Positions 50,501 through 59,500 of a DNA stretch of 64,000 nucleotides are shown here, piece after piece. Both the position numbers and the translations under genes were made by a program. The stretch is taken from assembly GCF_009834535.1 (NCBI RefSeq), contig NC_045697.1:1490001-1554000 (forward strand), read 5' to 3'. Position 1 is the stretch's first letter. Each line of letters starts with the position of its first letter. The notes beneath the pieces are model-generated. The model did not search any database, was not told the DNA's origin, and saw nothing but the letters and a program-made list of their open reading frames with translations. Origin of the DNA: Camelus ferus (taxonomy: Eukaryota).

Positions 50501-53500
50501 AGAAAAAAGTTGAAGACTAGACACCAGCCTCTCTCCCTGGCTAACTCTTGTCACTGGGGCCCAAGCTGATGGTAGAAGAAACTCGATGAGGCATTCTTGC
50601 TTCAAAAGGACAAGGGATGTGCGATGCCTTCTCGGGGAGAGAGGCGTGAGAGCCTGCGCTGGCCTGGCCACGAGGCTGGGAGAGACGCAGGAGCGCTGCT
50701 GCTCCTGAGTCCAGGGCAGGGCCGTTGCGGAGGGCAGGGGGTCTGAGGCTGCTTTGTGGGAACCTTTGTGCAGCCTGGAGGCTTATGCAAAGGCAGCCTC
50801 CCTCTCTCCCTGCATCTGGCGATTCCTCCTGCAGGGCTGGGTGCGCCAGCTAGGAAGGACTCTGGCTTATCCCTGACTTCCCGTCGTGTTTTGTCAGTGC
50901 AAGCTTCTGGTAGTGTGAATGATGTGTGATCCTCTTCGGGTGATTTCAGAAGAGTGTTGTAACTAAAATGTTAATTCGGGTGAGGAGAAGAGGAGGTAAA
51001 CGATCATGCCCTGAACGCTGTGCTGAGCGCTGCGCTGAGAAATGTAGAGCCTATAACCTCGTTGCTGCTCACAGTCTCTCTAAGAAATAATGGTGTTACC
51101 TGCGTTTACAGATGAGAAGAGACACTGGAGCGTGTATTGGCTGCCCCCAGGCCCCTCAGTCAGGGAGGCTGGCCAGGATTTGTACCGGGGGTGTCCATGT
51201 CCTGCCCTCCTGGGGACCCTGTGTGGTCTTTCTTACTTTACATCATAGGCATGATAGATGTGAATGCAATGCTAGGTTCAGAAATTCCTCCTTCATTTCT
51301 CTGACTGAACTATGACTAAAGATGTAAAGGCGTCAGGACAAGTCCTCAGCAGAGGGTGAGACTGAGACTTAGCTCAGACCAGGACCTCCTGTGTGGGGGC
51401 AGGTGGGGCTCGGGTAGGGTGCGCACTTAGCAGGCACGGAGTCTTGGGTTCAACCCCCAGTACGTCTGTTTAATTAGCTAATTAATAAACCGAATTAGCC
51501 CCCTCCCAGCCACCCCCCAAAAAGCCCAGACAAACAAAAAAGAAATCCTTTGGGAACAGTAACTTCTTGTTTTATCTGTTGCCTGAAGTCACACATTTAT
51601 TTAGGAATATAATACACAGTATTATCACTGCTAGTTGATAAAAATGGGGTGTATGTAAAAATAACAACATATGTGTTTTCCCCAAGAAGAAAATACAGTC
51701 CTTACTTAAAAAGTAAAGCTGAAATTGAATTTCTTTAAAATTACATGTCCTTATACTTATAAGTGTTTACATTAAAAATAAGAAAGATGTCAAACCAAAA
51801 ACCTAATTTGCAACTTATAGAACTAGGGAGTGGGGGAGATAAACTAAATCCAAAGCTAGCAGAAGGAAGGAAATAATAAAGGTCAGAGCAGAGAGAAACA
51901 AAAATAGAGAACAGAAAACAGGATAATCAGTGAAACCAGAAATTGGCTCTTTGAGAAGATTAGCAGAATGAATGTGATCAACAGAATAACAGCTTATGAA
52001 TAAAGTAAGAAAAAAAAAGACTGAAATTACTAAAATCAAAATGAAGTAACGACATTATTACCAGTTCTACAGAAATAAAAAGGACTACAAGAGAGTACTG
52101 TGAACAATTGCACACCAACAGATTGGATAACCTAGATGAAGTGGACAAATTCCTAGAAACATACAACCTAGTAAGACTAAATCATGAAGAAACAGATTCC
52201 GAATAGACCCATAACTAGAAAGGAGACTAAGCCAGTGTTCAAAAATCTCCCAGCAAATGAGAGTTCGGGACCCAGTGGTTCAGAGGTGAATTCTAACAAA
52301 CATTTAAAGAAGACTTAGTACCCATCCTTCTCAAACTTTTCTAGGAAATTGAAGAGGAGGACACGTCCTAACTCGTTCTTTGAGGCCCTGGATACCAAAG
52401 CCAGACCAAGACACTACAAGAAGACTACAGACCAATGTCCTTTGTGAATATCGATGCAAGAATCCTTAACAAAATAGCAGCGAGCAGAAATTCAGCATAT
52501 TTAAAGGATGTTACACTATGGCCAATTAGGAGTATTCCAGGAATGCAAAGATGGTTCAACATACGAAAATCACTGTAGTATGCCACATCAACAAAAAGGG
52601 AAAACCACACGATCACCCCAGTTTACGCAGAAAAAGTGTTTGACAAAATTCAACACCTTTCATGACTAAAAACACTCAACAGATGGGAGTAGTAGGAAAC
52701 TACCTCCACATAGTAAAAGCCACAGATACAGGAACCCGCAGGAGACGCCATCCTCAGCCGTCCAAGACTAGGGACGGGCAGGGATGCCCGCTTCCACCGC
52801 TTCTGTTCAGCACAGTGCTGGGAACTCTAGCCAGAGCACTTAGGCAAGAAAAAGAAATAAAAGGCGTTCAAATGGGAGAAGAAGAGTACAATTATCTCCG
52901 TTTGCAGATGATGTGATCTTATATGTGGAAAATTGTAAACATTCTGCCAAAAAGCTGTTAGAATTAATAAGTGAATTCAGCAAAGTAGCAGGATACAGAG
53001 TCCACACACAAAAATTAATTGCATGTGTACATACAAGCAATGAACAGTCTGAAAAGGAAATTATGAAAACAGTTTTATTTACAATGGCATTGAAAAGAGT
53101 AAAATAACTTAGGGATTAATTTACTCAAGGAGGTAGAAGACTGCAGAACATTCAGTTCAGTGAGAACTGTAGAACATTGCTGAAAGGAAGTAAAGAGGAC
53201 ATAAATAAATGGAAACACATCCTGTGTTCCTGGATTGGACAGCTTAATATTATTAAAATGTTACCATTACCCAAGGTGGTAGTATAGATTCAGTGCAGTC
53301 TTGATCAAAATCCCAATGGTGTTTTTTGCAGGAGTAGATAAATACACTCCAAAATTTGTATGGAATCTCTGACCCAGAATAGCCAGAAAAATGCTGAAAA
53401 AAAAGAACAAAACTGGAGGACTCACACTTCCTGCTTTCAAAACTTACGGCAAAGCCGCCGTAATCAAAACAGTGTGGTGCTGGCATACAGACAGACATCC

Positions 53501-56500
53501 AGACCAGTGGAATAGAACACAGAGCCCAGAAATAAACCCTCACATGTAGGTCAGATGAGTTTCGACAAGGATGCCAAGATCCTTCAATGGGGAAAGGGCG
53601 GTCTTTTCCGCAAGTGGTGCTGGGAAAACTGGACATCCACATGTGAAAGAGTGAAGCTGGACCCTTACCTAATATCACATGCAGAAATTTACTCAGAATG
53701 GATTGAAGACCTAAAAACATGGAAGACCCTTGAAGACATTAAGTGAAATAAGGCAGACAAAGAAGGACAAATACTGTTAGGACTCCGCTCACACAAGGCA
53801 CTGAGAGTAGGCAGAGCCAGAGACAGAGAGCATGGTGGTGGTGCCGGGGCTGGGGGAGGGGGAATGGGGTTGCTGTTCAGTGGGGACAGTGTCATTTTCA
53901 CAAGATGAAGAGTTACGGGGGGGATGGTGGCGACGGCTGCACAACAGTGGGAATGTGTTTAACGCCACTGAGGTGGCTAAGGTGGTATATCTTGTCTTAC
54001 GTATATTTTACCACAACAAGAAAATAAAAGGGCATTTTCTGTCTTTCTTTTCGCCATGGAAAATGATCCTCTTCACTAAAGCAACCAAAAGCTAACATTC
54101 GTACTTTGATCCACCTTTCGAGAAATCACAGTGCCATTAACACAGGTTAGGGAAATGGAGCAATTTTAGTACCAGTCATTCTAGAATCCTTGGAGTGGGT
54201 ATCAGTCCCTTTAATCAAGTGGCATTTTAGAAATCATATAATAATTCAAGATTTCAAAATGTTGAACGCCTACAGAATAACCAGCATTCACAAGTAGGTG
54301 TGGGCACAGGGAGACAGGCGGTGGCCTTGAAATCAGTTGTTTCTACTTGCTTGTAAAATCTATCCTTTGTGCACTGTTTGATGCATACACAGCCTGCAGG
54401 TGAACACCTGCTCCACAAAATCTGTCCCGGAGGGCGCGCAGAGAGGGTCAGGAGGATGTTTCTGTTGGCGTTATTTGTCAGACAGCTCTGCACTGAGCTC
54501 TGGAGTGAGATGAAGAAATGACTACCCTTCTATTTAGCTTATTTTAAATCATTTTTAAAATTTGCAGTATTAATAGCTACTTGTAAAAGAAAGCATTTTT
54601 TTTTTAGAAAAACTGCAGACATATGTAAAGAGAGAATTAGCACCCATATTGAATCTTCCCATACAAACCTGTGGCATATGTCTCTGTTTGAGGTTGTCCC
54701 TTTATCCTAGATTATGGTTTTATGGTTTGTACATTTCTTACTGAGCTTATACGGAGGTGTTTTATAGTTTTATGGGCTGTTACGAGTGGCCTCTTAAATG
54801 ACAGAATGAAGTTTCTTTTTTTGAGGGGGGAGAGGTAATTCGATTTATTTATTTATTTTGAGGGGAGGCACTGGGGACTGAACCCAGGACTGTGTGCAAG
54901 CTAAGCATGTGCTCTACCATTGAGCTATACCCTCCCCCCAACAGAATAAATCTTCTAAAGAGCTATTGCTGGTGTATGTAGGGAGGCTGAGTTTTACTTC
55001 GTGTCCAGTCGTCTCACCAAACTCCCTTATTAACTCTTAACAGTTTTGGAATTGATTGCTATGATAATCTTCTACGAATAATAGTAGTTTTGCTTTATCC
55101 TCTCCAGCACTTGACCTTTGTGTCGTCTGTCTGTCTGGGGTTTTTGCGTTAGCTAGAGTCCTCAAAGCTCCGTCAAGGGTGTTGCTGGCAGCACCCTTGT
55201 TCAGCTCCTGGCTGCTCTGGGGTGCTTCGGACGTTTCACATCAAGTCTGATGCTTACCAGACAAATTTTTGATACTTTTTAGCAAATTAAATAAATTTCC
55301 CCCTTTTTAATAGCTTATTAAAAGGTTATTGTTTTTGTTTTTTTTAAAAAAAACCAGGATTAGACATTGAATTTGTATGGTTTCTTCCTCCTGTATTTCT
55401 TCGTGAATTAGATTAGGCTTCCTAATTTTGAGACACCCTTGCGTTCCCTGGAATTAAACCCTACTAGATTGTGATGCATTATCCTTCAAGCCGTTGTTGG
55501 ATTCAGTCAGCTGGTATTTTACTTAGGATTTTTATATCTGTATTCTGAGGTATAGTGAGTTTTCACCTCTAAGGTATTGTCTGTTTTGTATAAAGGTTAT
55601 CCTAGTCTCATAGAATGAATTGAGAAGCTTTCCATGTTTTTCAGCTTTCAGGAGTAGCTCGCATCTCCTGTTCTGTGAAGGCCCTGACAGAACGCACTGT
55701 CGGACTTTTGGGCCTGATGCACATTTGAGTGGAGGAGGAGGGGCAAGGACTGTGTGTCTTTGACTGCCTTTTCAGCTTGCATTGCATTTATTAGCCTGTT
55801 TCGGGTTTTCTACTATTGAGTGAGTTTTTCAAATTGACATTTGCCTGGGAAATGATCCACATCATTTAGATAAAGGCGGGTACAAGCTTGTGCTTACAGG
55901 GGAGCTGATGAAAATGGGCAAAGTGATGGCTGCGGGAGAAGCCCCGCATCTGACTTCACACTTAGAGAGCGAACTGTCTCCCAGAAGGAGGCTGGCAGTG
56001 CGCCCTGGTCTCAGTGCTGACTTGTCCAGAGGAGCCCAAGTCTGGATTGTTAGGCGTGACGTCAGGAGCCTTCTGCTGTCGGCCCAGCTCCTGGAGCACA
56101 TTGTGCAGGCAGCAGAGTCTCTGTGAGCCGCTTGTTGGCAGCCCTTCTTCAGACGTGAAAAGCATAAGCTGCACACATGTATTCCTTGTGGTTTAAAAAA
56201 ATCTCTTTCGTGTGTGTTCGTGTCCTTTCTCATTCCTGCTCTTTTTGTGGTTCGGCCCGGGAAGGAAGAAGTTCAGAGAATCAACTTCCAGATTTATTGA
56301 CATTTACTTCTTTGTTTCCCCAATAATTTCAGTCTTTGCCCTTAATTTCTTATTAGTTGATTTCTTGTTTCGTTTGGGCTTCTTACATTGAACATATACT
56401 TTTCAGTCTTTTTTTGTTCTGTTTTGTTCTCTCATAAACACCTCTAAAGTATACATTTTCTTTTCTATCTTGGACACATCCAAAATTCGATTTTTTAAAC

Positions 56501-59500
56501 GGACTGTAATTTCAACTTAGATTTTGTCTCTAATACTTTGAACTATTAAAAAAATTAAGTGCATGAATTTCATTTTGTTAAATTACTCTTGTTTTATTTC
56601 AGAGGGTTTATTGGTAATGTTAAAATTTGAAGATCTAGTTGACTTCGTCAGGTGATGCAGGAAGCAGGCAGCGTCCCCTCCGGGGCCGGAAGGCGGCCCC
56701 CTTTTGGTAGTATTTCCCGCCTGTAGGGCTGGATGTATGCCCCCTCCCTTTTTTTCCTTCTGATAATTTGGAAGATATATATCCTATTTTTATCCTTTTA
56801 GTGGTTACTCTTAGGTTTTTAATAATTATAAGAATACATTTTTCAGAAAGATACATGCACCCCAGTGTTCACAGCAGCACTGTGTACATGGAAGCAACCT
56901 AAACGTCCACTGAGAGACGACTGGATAGAGAAGCTGTGGTGTGTATATACACACAATGGAACACTACTCCACCATAAAAAAGGATAAAATCACTCCATTT
57001 GCAGCCACATGGGTGGACCTAGAGACTGTCATTCTAAGTGAAGTAAGCCAGAAACAGAAAGAAAAATACCATATGATATCACTTATGTGTGGAATCTCAA
57101 AGACAAATGAACTCATTTGCAAAAACAGAAACAGACTCACAGACATAGAAAAAAACTCATGGTTACCAGGAGGGGAAGAGGGCGGGAAGGGATAAATTGG
57201 GAGTTGGAGATTTGCAGATGCTAATATATATAAAATAGATAAACAGGTTTATACTGTGTAGCACAGGGAACTATACTCAATAAGTTACAGTGAAAAAGAA
57301 TGAAAACGAATGTATGTATGTTCACGTGTGACTGAAGCACTGCACTGTGCACCAGAGACTGACACCGCGTTGTAAAGTGACTGTACTTCAGTACAATGGA
57401 CGTATACCAAAAAGAGAATGCATTTACACAAACAGCAAGATGACTCATTTCTTAGACATCCCCCTCAAGTAAGGCAGTCCCTTGAACCCATTTTTAATTC
57501 CCTATTCCCTTCAGTTCTTAAAACCTTTTGTCAAATCTGCACCGCTCAGTGTTGGCTGTCCTAACCGTCTCTAAGCCTGCAGCTCAGCTGTGCTGAGTCT
57601 GCTCACGTTGTTGTCACACCGTTGAGCTCTGGAGCTTCTTGCGCCCTGTCTCTGGGGTTGCCTCCTCTCGGGGCCTTCTGTGAAGGGCGAACCGGTCTTC
57701 CTCCTGCCCGAGCCCTTGTCGTGCAGGCCCATCCGCTCCACTCGCCGCGGTGACAGGCCCCTCTCTGACACCTCAGTTTGTCTGTTCAGCGTGAGCCGGT
57801 CTCGGGGCTCTCACCTGAGGAAGACACGTGTCTGCGATGGCTCTGAGCGAGGCAGGCACGCCTGCCAAGACGGCCGTGGTGAGCGTGCCCGGCGCCGCAG
57901 CTTCTCCTGTCTGCAGATGCTGCTTGTGTGTCATTTTTAAACGTCTTGAAAATGTCCCGGGTGGCTCTTGCTGGTACTAAGGGTTTTTGTTTTTTACGTC
58001 CCCTGTTAATTAGATGACACTGAAAACCAAACAGCGCGTGCTAACGGAAGACTGGGAGCTTTTTAAACAGAGGCGATTCGTGGAAGATCAGGTAAGGCTG
58101 GGGGCCGTTCGGAGGGGTGGAGGCAGGTCACAGAGGAGTGAGTGGCTCTAGATTAGAGACCAGCATTTCAACACCGCATCGCACTTCTGCCTGTAAGACT
58201 GTTTCTAAACGTGTCTCCTGTCGCCTTCCTTGTCTTCTGTATTCCTTAAGGCACACCCCTGTTTATGGAGTGACCCACTCGGCCCACAGCCACCCCCAAG
58301 TCCCCACGGTCTCCTTCCAGGCGGGTGGTGTCGTCTGCAGGTCACCCTCGTGGGGTGACACGCAGTGAAGTCACAGGGCTGGACTGGGCCCGCCCCTCTG
58401 TGCTGGGGGCCCTGCTCGCCCTTCCTCCAGCAGCCCTGTTCCCCTCTGCCTTGTGTGCTGGCCTCCGGGCACCTGACCTCCCTGGGGAACTCGCTTCCCT
58501 GGATTCCTGGGCATGTGCCGGCTTCTCTCCTGATTGGTCCCCTTGCCGGCTCCGCTCCCTCGGCCTTCCCAAGATGTCAGTGCCTCTGTCCTGAGACATG
58601 GCTCTCCCAGCCAGCACCGACCCACTGCCAGAGCTGGTCCAGAGGCTCGCCTGCTCCACTGGAAGTTGAGGTGCCGCTTCCTTGGGGCTCCCGTTCCCAG
58701 CCCTCCATCCCCTCCACTCGCCTCCCTTGCACCGCATTCCTTTCCACCTGTGCTGCGTCGTGTGCTGATTGTCCAGACTTCCGTGTGCCCTGTCCACACC
58801 ATTGGCCTGGTGGGTGCTGGACGCTGTGGCTCTGTGTGCCCAGGCTGCTCCTTCCCCAGACCCACTCCTGCTTAGTCCCGGGTGGATAGACCACCGAGGG
58901 TCTTTTAAAGGGGATGCCAAGCCCATGCTGTTCGCTGGCCTGGACGTGCTCCTTGCCTCTGACAGAGTACCAGCCCCCTGGGCCTTGCTGAGGCCTGGCA
59001 CGCCGAGCTGCTTTCTTGCCTCTCCAGCACCCAGAGCTGATCTCTGCCAGGGTGCCGCCCATGCCTTGTTTCCCCAAAAACCTTGGTTTTCTACCTGCCT
59101 CCTCTTCCAGAATCTCATGTCCTCAAGGGCAGTGATTGCCTGTGCGCTCCTGGGACCTAGCGAGTACCAGGTGTGCAGCAGTTTCAGGGTGAAGGCTGGG
59201 CGTCTGCTGCGGGGGGTGTCAGTGCGTTAGCTGGTGAGGAATCTGTTAGGGGTCACCGGTCCCTGGCCTGTGTCAGGACCCTTCTCAGCCCCACGGCTGC
59301 TGCCCTCTTGTCCTGGCCCTGTCCCACTTCAGGAAGCTAGTGAGCCCAACACGCTGCCACAGCTGCCGAGATCTAAGAACCTCGTCATGGAGGATGGGTC
59401 CCGCAAAGTTAACCTGTTGTTTCCCGATCTCCTCCAGTTAGCGAACAAAAAAGCCGCCCCTGGTGAGAACAGCTTCACGGACACTGTGAGGCACGTGCTG

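Noticed and set aside
51755..54030. L1 reverse transcriptase as an active or domesticated gene
   Set aside because: Many stops, frameshifts and internal deletions.
233..54940. tRNA-Ala-like sequences as tRNA genes
   Set aside because: Each has an AT-rich extension and tail, broken stems and often a TSD, so they are SINEs.
58342..59230. Several long overlapping ORFs on both strands (up to 258 aa)
   Set aside because: GC-rich intron with few stop codons; Pro/Ala/Gly/Arg-rich translations with no recognisable domain; most begin at non-ATG codons.
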